The notes: generated by a model not told the origin, from the letters alone. A stretch of 64,000 nt of DNA from Candidatus Obscuribacteraceae bacterium (GCA_044226015.1 JBGAHS010000003.1:416001-480000); one strand, 5' to 3'; positions 39,763 through 50,131 are shown, numbered from the stretch's first letter. Numbers and translations are program-made.

Positions 39763-40335
39763 TCAGACGATCGGCCAGGACAACGCCGCGCTGACGCCGA
39801 TGACGTAGCCCATCGTTCCGACGGGGCGCCCACAGGTCATAGTGACGGTGTTCATGGTCGAGTCGATGCTGCGCACGCAGAAGCCGAGTGCCGTCAGGGC
39901 GTCGATGCAGCCGACGATGCGCGGTGGCATCGTCTCGAGAGCCGCAGCCGGGATGGACGTCTGCAGCGACCGGTCCGGATTGATGACCTCGTGCTGATTG
40001 CTCTGCTCGTAGTCCAGACGCACAGCCTGACCATCACGAATGAAGGTAGCTTGCACGCGGTCGGACTGCGACGGGTCGTAGCCGCTGAGACAGGCAGCGT
40101 TGTAGGCATCGGTACCGGGCTGAGTGTCAGAGCCGTGCTTGACGGTGGGGGCGTAGAAGCCGGAAGCGCAGATGGCGGCCCAGATGGCCTTCATCTGAGG
40201 GTTGAACTCGGGGTAGACCGCATCGCAGGTGACGCAGAAGATTCCGCCCGTGTCCAGCTTGTTCGCGCGGCACTCGTCAGCGTCATGGCCGAGATGATAC
40301 CCGACCGGGCAAGTTGCAAATCCAACGATCTTCAT
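39763..40335 (-). CDS. Hypothetical protein with N-terminal Cys/His cluster
   Basis: GAGG RBS; C..H..H...C...CVTC pattern; codon bias. Confidence 0.7.
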   Translation of the reverse strand: MKIVGFATCPVGYHLGHDADECRANKLDTGGIFCVTCDAVYPEFNPQMKAIWAAICASGFYAPTVKHGSDTQPGTDAYNAACLSGYDPSQSDRVQATFIRDGQAVRLDYEQSNQHEVINPDRSLQTSIPAAALETMPPRIVGCIDALTALGFCVRSIDSTMNTVTMTCGRPVGTMGYVIGVSAALSWPIV

Positions 40336-40988
40336 GTGTTATTAACCTCGCGTTCGATTAGTTAGCGCACGCCGTCTCCACGGCATGCTTTTAGACACAG
40401 AAGTTCAAGTCGCTACAAGCAGTTCAGTCCGTCACCTTGCGGCGACTAAAGAAATTGAATGACTGAATCTGAATTTGCTTGAGCTGGCTTGGTTTCTGTG
40501 TCCGGAAGTGGTTAAGTGAGTGCCCTCACCCTAGCAAGGTCCAAGCACGAAATGGAAGCGCCCCGCCCCAGAGCCCTGTGCGACCCCATAACCGCGAAGG
40601 CGCATAGCACAAGGCACCGCAGAAGAATGCGCAGTAGCGCTAGGCATGCAAGCACCGCCTCCCATGGGCATTCCACCATGGGCACTGGCACTTGCGACCT
40701 AGCCCAGCTAGCAGATGAAGTCAAGAGGTGGCGGTCTGAGTTTCAGCGGCTATAAATTACAGACAGAAATCACGCGAAGAAATTCCAAAAAAGTGAACGA
40801 CATATTTTTTCTGAATCAGAGAAACAACTATGCCACCACAGGTAATATGAACCAGTGTTAAGTTTGTACAACACAGTGTTACAGAATGTCAGTAGATAGC
40901 CGATCTCTCGCGAGTCACTCCGCGACACATCTATATCAGCATTTGCTATCATTCTGCAAACTCACACAGCGACGAAAGAGGTCTCGGC

Positions 40989-41591
40989 TTGAAACTCTTA
41001 GTATTCGATATGGGGCATGTATTCGTCGATTTTGACTGGGAAGAAGTTTGTGCTGGTTTTTGCAGGGCAAGCAAAAAATCGCGAGAAGAACTTCGAGATA
41101 CATTCAGTTACTGCGCTAAACTCGGCTATGAAAGCGGAAAAATAGACACGCCCGGTTTTCTTTCCGAACTGAATAAGTGCCTGGGTACGAATCTATCATT
41201 GAATGAATTTAGTGAACTCTGGGTTTCCACCTTTCATGAAAACCAGGAAATGGCAGAACTTCTGAACGAATTAAAAGCACAGCGTCCGCTTTACCTTTTG
41301 TCGAACACTAACGAAGTTCATTATGATCACCTCCAGGAAAAATACAATGTTGCACGTCACTTTAATGAGCTGATCCTCAGCTATAAAGTCGGCTCCAGCA
41401 AGCCCGAACACACCATTTACAAAGAGGTTTTGAAACGCAGTGGTTTGCCTCCGCAAGACTGTCTGTTCATCGATGACCTCGAGGCTAACATTAAAGCGGC
41501 GCAAGATTTAGGATTGAACACAATACACTTCACAGGCACGAGCAACCTCAAGAAAAGCCTGAGAGAACTGGGCTTTGATGTCAGCTCCTGA
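40989..41591 (+). CDS. HAD family phosphatase (YihX-like)
   Basis: FDMGHV, LSNTN, KP and FIDD motifs. Confidence 0.9.
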   Translation: MKLLVFDMGHVFVDFDWEEVCAGFCRASKKSREELRDTFSYCAKLGYESGKIDTPGFLSELNKCLGTNLSLNEFSELWVSTFHENQEMAELLNELKAQRPLYLLSNTNEVHYDHLQEKYNVARHFNELILSYKVGSSKPEHTIYKEVLKRSGLPPQDCLFIDDLEANIKAAQDLGLNTIHFTGTSNLKKSLRELGFDVSS

Positions 41592-41943
41592 TTAAGCAAG
41601 CGACGAAGCGTTATCGCAACGAGCACCACATACGCCACCACACCCACCCGCAAATCGCAAACAAACAAGCACCAAATATAGTATCGCTTGCCAGATAACA
41701 ATCAACTGGTGAAACAACCCACAGCGCTCTCCATGAGCCAGCCCGCTGCCAAGGGATCTTTTTAACCTTGCAACACGATTTTCCAGAAGAACATACAAGC
41801 TCTCGCATGAAGAGCGCTAAAACGCCCTCCAGCCTGGCATGAGAATATATACAGAAGCCACCATAGAAGCAGATTTTGGCACGTTTTGCATCTGATATAC
41901 TGTTGGTAGGATTTGCCTTGCATGACAGCATTGCAGAGGGCGA

Positions 41944-43374
41944 ATGAGAAGGCAGCAGAGAGCTGACAACCAGGTGACCCAGAGCATCCTCTCCAATTCA
42001 AAAGGGTCCGACTCAAATGAGTCCCAATGCGAGCCAACGCTTCGCGCAGCCCTGACTCAGCACCTCAATTTAGAGAAAGCATCATTTCACACTCCTGGTC
42101 ATAAAGGCAGAGCCTCGCTCGACATCGCCAATGTTTTTGCTTTAGACCTAACAGAACTGCCAGGGCTCGATGAGCTTGCAGAGCCAGACGGATGCCTGAA
42201 AAATCTCCAGACTCAAATTTCAAAAACCTGGAAAAGTCGTCAGAGTTTTTTGTCTATAAACGGCGCTTCGGCGGCTCTCACTGCGGCTATCATAAGCGTT
42301 GCAAAACAGAATAAGAAAACAAAGCTTTTGCTACCACGCAATGCGCATCGCTCAGCTCTGAGCGCACTCATTCTTGGCGGACTTGAGCCAGTGTGGTACG
42401 ACTCTGTTTTCGACACAGAATGGCAAACCTGGTCAAAGACAGAACCGTCTAATTTCGAGCGCATGTTGATTTTGAACAAAGAAGCACTTGCTGCCGTGCT
42501 CGTATGCTCTCCCAGCTATGCTGGATTTTGCTCAGACCTGGAAGAGCTTGCGGCAATTTGCAAAGCACACGGCGTACCGCTAATTGTCGACGAGGCGCAT
42601 GGTGCTCACTTTTTCGAGGACCTGGGATTGCCCACGTCAGCTATCGAAGCCAGAGCAGAAATAGTTATTCATTCACTGCACAAAACTCTTGGAGCACCCA
42701 CACAGACAGGGGTTCTACACCTGACAGAAGACTGTGCAATTGAAGCCGAGTATTTTCAAAGCGCTCTGAACTTATTGCAGAGTTCAAGCCCGAACTACCT
42801 ATTAATGCTTGGTATTGAAACCGCTATTCAAAACGTAAAGGACAAAGTCGCATCGACTTTGCAAATTGCACGGCAGCTGCACAACAAATTAAAATCGCTA
42901 GCACAGATCAGCCTGGCACCTGGCGCAGACCCGCTTCATACGCTCATCAAAGTAAAAGGCATGAGCGCAAAAGAGCTATCAATTTATTTGATCAGCAAAG
43001 GTATTTTTCCTGAGACCATCCTGGGTTCAGGCGTTTTATTGCTTCTCGGAGTTGGCAGCACGGAAGCTGACATAGACTACCTCTACCAGGTGTTGAGCAG
43101 CCTTAAAGAAAGCACTGACAAGCCAGAACAGCCTGCCCAAATACCTGAAGCAGAGCAGATTATTTCGCCACGCGACGCATTTTTTGCAGAGTCGGAACTT
43201 ATAAGTCCGGACGACGCCATACATAGAATTTCGTCCGAATGGATCGCCCCATGCCCTCCGGGTTACGCAATCATCGCCCCAGGACAGAAACTGGAGGCAA
43301 AACATGTCAATTTTTTAGGCAATCGCAAACTTGTACAAGTAGTTAAAAACTGTCCCTCTTTAAGGAGAAAGTGA
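41944..43374 (+). CDS. Orn/Lys/Arg decarboxylase (PLP fold I)
   Basis: FHTPGHKG, DLTELPGLD, RNAHRS, VDEAHG, SLHKT, SSSP.Y and PCPPG motifs. Confidence 0.92.
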   Translation: MRRQQRADNQVTQSILSNSKGSDSNESQCEPTLRAALTQHLNLEKASFHTPGHKGRASLDIANVFALDLTELPGLDELAEPDGCLKNLQTQISKTWKSRQSFLSINGASAALTAAIISVAKQNKKTKLLLPRNAHRSALSALILGGLEPVWYDSVFDTEWQTWSKTEPSNFERMLILNKEALAAVLVCSPSYAGFCSDLEELAAICKAHGVPLIVDEAHGAHFFEDLGLPTSAIEARAEIVIHSLHKTLGAPTQTGVLHLTEDCAIEAEYFQSALNLLQSSSPNYLLMLGIETAIQNVKDKVASTLQIARQLHNKLKSLAQISLAPGADPLHTLIKVKGMSAKELSIYLISKGIFPETILGSGVLLLLGVGSTEADIDYLYQVLSSLKESTDKPEQPAQIPEAEQIISPRDAFFAESELISPDDAIHRISSEWIAPCPPGYAIIAPGQKLEAKHVNFLGNRKLVQVVKNCPSLRRK

Positions 43375-44978
43375 TGGATCACCTACCACCAGCAGACGAT
43401 GTAAGCTCAATGTTAGCCATTCTGCCTACCCAAGTTAGGACAAAGCTAGAAACTGACTCTAAAGCACTCATCGAAATTGTGTTGGACCTGGGACGAAAAC
43501 CTGAAGCGCGTTATTTCGACAACAGCCGATGCGCCATTGTCGATCAATCAATCACACAAGCCGACCTGGACTTTGCGATTGAGCGCATTGGAACATTCTC
43601 TGGTGATAACAGAGCTGGCATCGAAAGAACACTTCACAGAATTTCTTGTATCAGAAATAGAACAGGAAAGGTAATTGGACTGACATGCAGAATTGGTCGC
43701 GCAATCTCCGGAACCATAGACATCATCCGTGACTTAGTAGAGTCGGGCAAATCCATCCTCTTCCTGGGACCACCCGGAGTAGGCAAGACTACAAAATTGC
43801 GCGAAATTACACGCGTACTTTCAGATGAGCTCGGCAAACGGGTTATAGTTATCGATACCTCAAACGAAATCGCTGGTGATGGTGACATTCCTCATGCAGC
43901 CATTGGCGGAGCTCGACGCATGCAGGTCGCACATCCAGACTTACAGCACGCCGTCATGATTGAAGCTGTTGAAAATCACACACCTGAAGTCATCGTCATC
44001 GACGAAATCGGAACCGAGCAAGAAGCCTCCGCAGCCCGAACAATTGCAGAACGCGGAGTTCAGTTAATTGGTACAGCGCACGGAAATGCCCTTGAGAATT
44101 TGCTAAAAAATCCAACCCTGGTAGATTTGATTGGAGGCATCCAAACCGTAACTCTGGGTGACGACGAGGCTCGCAGACGCGGAACACAAAAGACGGTTTT
44201 GGAACGTTCTGCTCAACCAACATTTGAAATCTGCGTCGAAATCATCGACAGACAGACACTTGCAATACATAAGAACGTTGCGGAATCGGTTGACCAGCTC
44301 TTGCGCGGCTGGAAGATTCATCCCGAAATTCGCAGACGTGATGAAAACACGGGTTCATTCGCTGTGCTTCGACCAGAAACAAAGGTCATCAGCAACGTCA
44401 ATGTTGTCGAACCAAATTCCGATCAAGAAGCCTGGGCACAGCAAGCTAGCTACGACAAAGAGACCTACCTCAAAATTTATCCTTATGCCGTAAGCAAAGG
44501 CTTGCTTGAGCGTGTTATCAAAACCCTCAATCTGCCAGCAGAAGTAGTGAAGACTCTGGATGAAGCGGATGCCATTCTCGCACTGAGAAGCTATGCACGC
44601 GCGGGCGCCAAAATTTATTCACTCGCTGAAGCAAAGCAAATTCCTGTTTATGTGGTAAAGAGCAACAATATGCCGCAAATCCAAAAGGCATTGCGAGAAG
44701 CCCTGCACCTGGACACCGAAATCTTCTCATTAGCCGACACGGCAGGAGCAGACATTGTCGATGAAACAGAAATAGCATTGGAAGAAGCCAGACAAGCTAT
44801 AACCATGGTCATCAATCGCATGGAACCAATTGAACTGGCGCCACGCAAAGCGTACATACGCAGACTGCAACATCAGCTTGTTGAGAGATTCAACCTCTCC
44901 AGTCGCAGCATCGGCGATGAGCCAATGCGACGCTTACGAATTTTGCCGCCACCACAAAGCAATGTGCAATACATGTAA
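43371..44978 (+). CDS. Ycf45/SpoIIIAA-like AAA ATPase with C-terminal R3H domain
   Basis: GPPGVGKTT, DTSNEIAGDGD, IDEIG, GTAHG and RRLQH motifs. Confidence 0.93.
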   Translation: MMDHLPPADDVSSMLAILPTQVRTKLETDSKALIEIVLDLGRKPEARYFDNSRCAIVDQSITQADLDFAIERIGTFSGDNRAGIERTLHRISCIRNRTGKVIGLTCRIGRAISGTIDIIRDLVESGKSILFLGPPGVGKTTKLREITRVLSDELGKRVIVIDTSNEIAGDGDIPHAAIGGARRMQVAHPDLQHAVMIEAVENHTPEVIVIDEIGTEQEASAARTIAERGVQLIGTAHGNALENLLKNPTLVDLIGGIQTVTLGDDEARRRGTQKTVLERSAQPTFEICVEIIDRQTLAIHKNVAESVDQLLRGWKIHPEIRRRDENTGSFAVLRPETKVISNVNVVEPNSDQEAWAQQASYDKETYLKIYPYAVSKGLLERVIKTLNLPAEVVKTLDEADAILALRSYARAGAKIYSLAEAKQIPVYVVKSNNMPQIQKALREALHLDTEIFSLADTAGADIVDETEIALEEARQAITMVINRMEPIELAPRKAYIRRLQHQLVERFNLSSRSIGDEPMRRLRILPPPQSNVQYM

Positions 44979-45003
44979 GTTGCGCTGAATCTAACTAGAA
45001 AAC

Positions 45004-45033
45004 AAAAAAGGAAGCGTTTTCACGCTTCCTTTT
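45004..45033. terminator. Bidirectional terminator
   Basis: AAAAGGAAGCG/CGCTTCCTTTT between convergent genes. Confidence 0.8.
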
Positions 45034-45121
45034 CATTTACAATTGCTTGCTGCTTGCTCATTTCCGGCTACTCGGCTGAAAGCGCCAGCATTCTGATGGC
45101 TTCGACGAGTCTTCCGACAAT

Positions 45122-45502
45122 CTAAGCCATTCGGGTGTTCAAACGATCATGCGTCGCTTGAGCAGTCATAACTGCCTTGATTTTGGCTTCGATGCTAGCG
45201 ATATATGCTTTCACAGATTCAGCCGCCGTCTCATTGTTCGCAATTGCTTCACGCTTGCCTTCAGGAGGCAGCTTCAAGAGAGCTTCTGTCTTTTCCTGGA
45301 ATCCTTTGGGATTTTCGGCCATGCTCATCCAATCTTTAGTTGGTCCATTCTTAGCCTCAGCAGCAGCTCTTGTTGCATCAACACTGCCAACAGAAACACT
45401 ATCTCTTTGATCAAAATGTACATCTTCACGCAATCGACCTACATTTTTTTCGCCTGCATCAGGTTGCCGGCTTTCGCCCGGTTGCTGAAATTCATTACCC
45501 AT
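45122..45502 (-). CDS. Hypothetical protein
   Basis: Start placed at MGNEFQ; polar, helical composition. Confidence 0.6.
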   Translation of the reverse strand: MGNEFQQPGESRQPDAGEKNVGRLREDVHFDQRDSVSVGSVDATRAAAEAKNGPTKDWMSMAENPKGFQEKTEALLKLPPEGKREAIANNETAAESVKAYIASIEAKIKAVMTAQATHDRLNTRMA

Positions 45503-45695
45503 TGTCCTAGTCCCCGCCTTAAAAAAGAAACTGTCGTTCAGTTTATTGCCAAACCATTTGCCATTAAACGAGAGCAACCAAAAATATAACTGGAACAGAC
45601 CCAAATCTGGCTTCGGATGCCTGTTTCAATTGAACATTGATTGACATCGTTGATGGTAAGCCAGGCCAATACAAGATTCAATTCAACGCATCTCA

Positions 45696-46949
45696 TTATT
45701 GACGCTTTTTGGGGGGAGGACCACCACTGAATGGGCTGTCCTCATCAGGGTTTCCAAGAGGATTGTAGCGTTGATATGTTCCTGAAACGCTTTGACTATC
45801 AACCGGTTTAGGCACTTCAGGCTGAACTTGCGCGGGCTTGTCCGGCGGATGGTTCTTTTCGCTTAAGTCCGCCTTATTTGCCCTTAGTGGCGGCTGAGAT
45901 GAAACAGCGTTAGTGGAACCTGTAGTCTCTTTGCTCCCCTCTGCCAGCGCTTTGGCAAGAGCCTCCATTTGGCGTCGGCGTGTCATTATGGAAAGAGGCA
46001 CATCAAAGCTTTCATCATCTGCCTCTTCGGGTGAGACAAATTTTGCTCCCTCCGTGTCGCTGGAATCAAGCAAATCAGAGAGCGGGTCGCGCGGAGAGTC
46101 TGCCTGCTGAGGCTGAGCATTGCCTGTGGGGGCTTCAAGACTATTAGTTCTGGAGTTTAGAGGGGAAGAGTTCGGCACCACCGGCGGTTCACCGAACAAT
46201 GGCGAGCGCCTGCTGGGCTCCGCCGGCTGTGAGCTGACAGACGGCTTGATCTCAGGTGTGGGTGCGACACTTTGATCAAAAGGTTGGGGAGCCGACGGTC
46301 TTGTTGTACCTGGAATAAATGCCGCGGCTCCAGGAGCAAGAGGGGGGCTTTCCCGACCTGAAACTGGCGCACTCTGAGAGAATTCACCAAATGCCTGCCC
46401 ATCTGCTTGCGCAAACCCAGATTCAAATGATGTTGCTGCGGCATTTTTGAATTCGCCAAGCCGCGGTGAAATCGCGAAGGTCTTTTTTGCAATTTGCTCC
46501 AGCTCATCGTCCTCTGCAAAGTCGTTCTCAGGCGCATCCTCAATTGAGTCCGCGTCGGACCCACTGCCAGCAGCACCACCATCAGCGGTGACTTCCATGG
46601 AAAACTTGATAGCAGCAGAGGGTAAACCTTCAGCAAAATCGGCAGCGGACTCAGGCTCGGCGGAGTCCAGCTCATCACTGTAGCTGGTAAGAGACTCGGC
46701 CACGATTGCACGCAACTGTGCGTGCAAAACCTTTAACTCATTTTTGATTGGCTCAAGATCCGGCCCGGCAGAGCCAGTCATATCAGTTGGACTCGGTTGA
46801 ACATTTGGACTTGCTTCAATGCCGAGAGCTATGAGTAATTGCTGCCGAACAAAAAGCCCCATCGATTTTGCACCGGCTTCCCTTGCCAATTTCTGGACAA
46901 GGAGAAATTGATCCGGCTTCAAGGTTATGATGATCTGGTGTTCGCGCAT
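45696..46949 (-). CDS. Protein with N-terminal ribbon-helix-helix-like segment, coiled coil and long acidic/Pro-rich disordered tail
   Basis: HQIIITLKPDQF..VQKLAREAG..SMGLFVRQQ pattern; low-complexity remainder. Confidence 0.65.
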   Translation of the reverse strand: MREHQIIITLKPDQFLLVQKLAREAGAKSMGLFVRQQLLIALGIEASPNVQPSPTDMTGSAGPDLEPIKNELKVLHAQLRAIVAESLTSYSDELDSAEPESAADFAEGLPSAAIKFSMEVTADGGAAGSGSDADSIEDAPENDFAEDDELEQIAKKTFAISPRLGEFKNAAATSFESGFAQADGQAFGEFSQSAPVSGRESPPLAPGAAAFIPGTTRPSAPQPFDQSVAPTPEIKPSVSSQPAEPSRRSPLFGEPPVVPNSSPLNSRTNSLEAPTGNAQPQQADSPRDPLSDLLDSSDTEGAKFVSPEEADDESFDVPLSIMTRRRQMEALAKALAEGSKETTGSTNAVSSQPPLRANKADLSEKNHPPDKPAQVQPEVPKPVDSQSVSGTYQRYNPLGNPDEDSPFSGGPPPKKRQ

Positions 46950-46960
46950 CGATAAGTGGA

Positions 46961-47899
46961 TTATGTCTCAGACGACTTGAGCGCTTCAAAAATTTTCTCA
47001 CTGGCTAACTTGAATCGCTCAGCCAACGTTTTCAATTCTTCCGCTTTATCCATCTTAGCTAATTCCACCTCTGGCGGGCTAGCCTCTAACCAGCTTGCAC
47101 ATTCCTCGATCATATCGACTAGTTTTGGCAGTTCTTTGTTCAGCATTTTGTTAGCACGTTTTGTCATCGATGCTGAGCTTACTGTGCCACCATCTTTTTT
47201 CAAAGCTTGCTTGATTTGCTTTTCTGTAGCTTTGTCCAGAGGCACACGCTCCTCGGAAGGTTCACCCTCATTTACCAGTGGAACACCCTGCACCAAAAAC
47301 TCTTCCACCAATTCATCTTTCAATGGCAAAAGCGCCATAAGATGCCTGTGACCGAGGTTCAACATCACCTCATAGGGGTCAGATTTATCGGTTTCAACAG
47401 CTGGTCTTTCAGCGAACCTTTCCGCCAAACGAGCCATCCTAATAAGACGATACGCATACGTCGCGCTCATCTGGTGCTCATTTCTGCAGTACTCCTCGAA
47501 ACTGGGATACTGCTTCAAATAAATTTCTGCATGCTGAATTTTAGCAAGACGCAGACCCTGAGCGACCAGACCTATCGCTGCGAATCGCCCAGCAATTCGA
47601 ATCTCGTCAGTAAGCGCCGTGTAATCATCGGTATTGGGGCGCAAGTCCTCAATCGATACACTGGTGTGAAATAAATCTGGTGCGCTAGATGGCGTTTCGC
47701 GCAGTGCAATCTCAACGCTAGAACTCTCGCGAATCTCATCAGCGCCTTCTTGATGTTCGGCGCCTTCTACTTCTTGCGCTTCCACATCCAATACGGGTCC
47801 AGACTCAGGAGCGGCATTTCCATCCTCTTGCTCTCTCTGAAGGCGCTTTTCCTTCAGTCTGGCTATCAAAGTTGCTCCCGGCGGCGGTTTCTTCTTCAT
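46961..47899 (-). CDS. Putative DNA-binding protein (DUF3102-like HTH motif)
   Basis: GLRLAKI...Y.SFEEYC..E..MS..YAYRLI motif typical of phage/plasmid HTH proteins. Confidence 0.6.
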   Translation of the reverse strand: MKKKPPPGATLIARLKEKRLQREQEDGNAAPESGPVLDVEAQEVEGAEHQEGADEIRESSSVEIALRETPSSAPDLFHTSVSIEDLRPNTDDYTALTDEIRIAGRFAAIGLVAQGLRLAKIQHAEIYLKQYPSFEEYCRNEHQMSATYAYRLIRMARLAERFAERPAVETDKSDPYEVMLNLGHRHLMALLPLKDELVEEFLVQGVPLVNEGEPSEERVPLDKATEKQIKQALKKDGGTVSSASMTKRANKMLNKELPKLVDMIEECASWLEASPPEVELAKMDKAEELKTLAERFKLASEKIFEALKSSET

Positions 47900-48286
47900 G
47901 ACACAGAATCCATTCTAGGCATCGAATGCATTGTATCATTGCCTGCGCAGGCTACAAGCTTGTTTTCAACGTCAGAACGCCTGCAAGCGCTGGAATTCGA
48001 AGAAAAAGCTATTTGCGCGCTAGCCACGCTATGTATGTCGCCGAGTGCTGGCACGGTTATCCGCGTACCCAATCATCTGCAATTAGCGCGAAAACGCTCT
48101 GAATTCAAGAATCAGGGCTTAGTGGCTGCAAGGGAAATTGCTTGTCATTAGATCGAGAAAAGCCTACTCTTTGGCATTCCCATTTCCCCCACTCTTTCAA
48201 AAACCAAACCAGCATCAAATCACAATGTTCGTTCTACCTTTCCAACTCTATGTAGCCAATCTGGGGCTACTAGAAAGGAGTGACCT

Positions 48287-48649
48287 ATGAAGATCCTAAT
48301 CCTGGAAGACGCCCTCATCGGAGAAGATGTGCGTCAAGAAGCTGAGAAACTCGGGCTGGAAGCCAAATGCTTTGTTGGTGTCAAATCCGTGGAAGGTACG
48401 AAACTTACGGGTTTCTGCCGCCAGGGACTGACACTTGAGGTCGTTGACCTCTGCGAATACGAGCTCGCCTTTGTCGATGGGTTCCTCTACATTGACGGCA
48501 TGATGGGCTGGGACGTGCTCCCTCACCTGCAGCCGCTGATGTATACGGTCGGAACCAGTTCTATGGGGGGCATCGGCGCCCACCACACGATCGACAAGGA
48601 AAACATGTCTGCTACTCTTCACAAGTTTGTGGGGGGAGAGCTGACCTGA
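48287..48649 (+). CDS. Degenerate receiver (REC)-like protein
   Basis: MKILILED...AFVD...GWDVL...TSS...K pattern; AAAGGAG RBS. Confidence 0.65.
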   Translation: MKILILEDALIGEDVRQEAEKLGLEAKCFVGVKSVEGTKLTGFCRQGLTLEVVDLCEYELAFVDGFLYIDGMMGWDVLPHLQPLMYTVGTSSMGGIGAHHTIDKENMSATLHKFVGGELT

Positions 48650-48662
48650 TGAGCATTTTCCG

Positions 48663-48709
48663 ACAAGAAGGCTGACGCGTGTTCATACACCTCAGCCTTC
48701 TTGTTTTTT
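48663..48709 (+). terminator. Rho-independent terminator
   Basis: ACAAGAAGGCTGA/TCAGCCTTCTTGT followed by a T run. Confidence 0.8.
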
Positions 48710-48761
48710 GCAGAATATTGCTACACGCAATAGTAGCAGTATTGTCTTTCCATACCGAGCT

Positions 48762-49152
48762 CCCACGCCTGCCTTTCCACTCACGGATCCCACGTTAACC
48801 CCGATGCAGACTAGAATCCATGCGCACCCACGCCCTGCCCTTCCACACGGATCCCACATTAACCCCCGAATGCCGGCTAGAAGCCTTGCGCACCCACGCC
48901 TGCCCTTTCACACGGATCCCACGTTGACCCCGATGCCGCTGCCTTTCCGCTCACGGATCCTTACGATGCCGGCTGAAAGCCCGCGCACCCAAGCCTGCCC
49001 TTCCACTCACGGATCCCACGTTAATCCCGATGCCGACTGGAAGCCCTGCGACCCACGCCTGCCCTTCCACGCGGATCACGTTAATCCCGATGCTGGCTGA
49101 AAGCCCGCGCACCCAAGCCTGCCCTTCCACACGGATCCCGCTGCCGGCTGGA
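48762..49152. repeat. Degenerate ~60-66-bp tandem repeat, 7 copies, non-coding
   Basis: Consensus approx. CCCACGCCTGCCCTTCCACACGGATCCCACGTTAACCCCGATGCCGGCTGAAAGCCCGCGCA. GGATC core at 48785, 48849, 48914, 48955, 49011, 49073 and 49133. Indels are not multiples of 3. Confidence 0.92.
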
Positions 49153-49607
49153 TGCAAGCTGCAAAATGCAGCCTGGTTCCGTTCCGGCTGAGCCCACATA
49201 TATTTGATGTGTTTGAGCTGAGAGGCTAGCGCACCCTGCGCAAGGCTTCCCTATCGCAACTTATGTATTTCTTTCGTTTTCCCAAAAGCCAAGAACGTCA
49301 GGAAGAGCACCCATAAATAGGCTGAAAGCTAATGCTGATGTAAGGAGTTCATTTCTTTACAATCCTAGAACCCGAAGCATCGATTTATGTAGCTTTCACT
49401 TGTCTTCCGTTTTGTTTTTTTCCTGAGTTCCAACCCAACCTGAATCCCTGATCCACCAACCCAAACGAGCTAAACCTTCAGGCAAGTAATTGCTCGGGTG
49501 GTCAGTACAACAACTCGGAAGACAGTTTCTGGTCTCTCGAACGAGCGACTTTCACTGCCGCTAGCTTGCAGCTAGTGGACAAACCAACCATCGAAAGGTA
49601 GTCAAGC

Positions 49608-50018
49608 ATGCTTCGCTTTATCATCAACGCCGTCATCACCGCCGTCGTCTTCTGCTTCGTGTTCCCCGAAGTCAACAGCGGCATCCAGTTCCATGGTCCG
49701 TTCTGGCCCGAAGGCGTGATCTACGCCGGCATCTTCTCAATCGTCGCTTCCCTGGTCGGCCTCGCCATCGGCGCCGGCGCCACCCTGTTCACTGTCGCCA
49801 CTCGCGGCGTGGGTCTGCTGCTCGTCGTGCCGGCGCTGCTCTTGGGCTTCTGGCTCATTCCGGCGATTCAGCTCGAGGTCTTCGCTCACTACTTCCCGGC
49901 CCACTTCACCGTGGCGAGCTGGGGCTCTGCGGTCTGGGGCGGTCTGATCCTCATGCTGGTCAACGCCCTGACGGCGAACTGGACCCACCACTCGAACAGC
50001 GTGAAGACGAACGACTGA
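49608..50018 (+). CDS. 4-TM phage-holin-family (YvlD-like) membrane protein
   Basis: MLRFIINA...GIQF......FTVASWGSAVWGGLIL pattern, four TMs. Confidence 0.7.
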   Translation: MLRFIINAVITAVVFCFVFPEVNSGIQFHGPFWPEGVIYAGIFSIVASLVGLAIGAGATLFTVATRGVGLLLVVPALLLGFWLIPAIQLEVFAHYFPAHFTVASWGSAVWGGLILMLVNALTANWTHHSNSVKTND

Positions 50019-50083
50019 TTCGGCCTGATAGGTTGAGATTCCGCACCATGCGGACTCAACCTATCTAGGTGCTAAGAACTGTG

Positions 50084-50131
50084 CTCGGGCTGGTGATAAG
50101 GTTCAAAACCTTCACCAGCCCGGGTGCTTTC
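50084..50131 (+). terminator. Probable terminator (second of two hairpins after the holin-like gene)
   Basis: CGGGCTGGTGA..AAGG/CCTTCACCAGCCCG followed by T-rich sequence. Confidence 0.65.

Noticed and set aside
48762..49152. CRISPR array or repeat-protein CDS (ORF 48708-49100)
   Set aside because: Variation is spread across the unit, there are no spacers, and indels shift the frame between copies.
49608..50018. Prophage inferred from the holin-family gene
   Set aside because: No endolysin, structural or integrase genes; YvlD-like proteins are commonly chromosomal.
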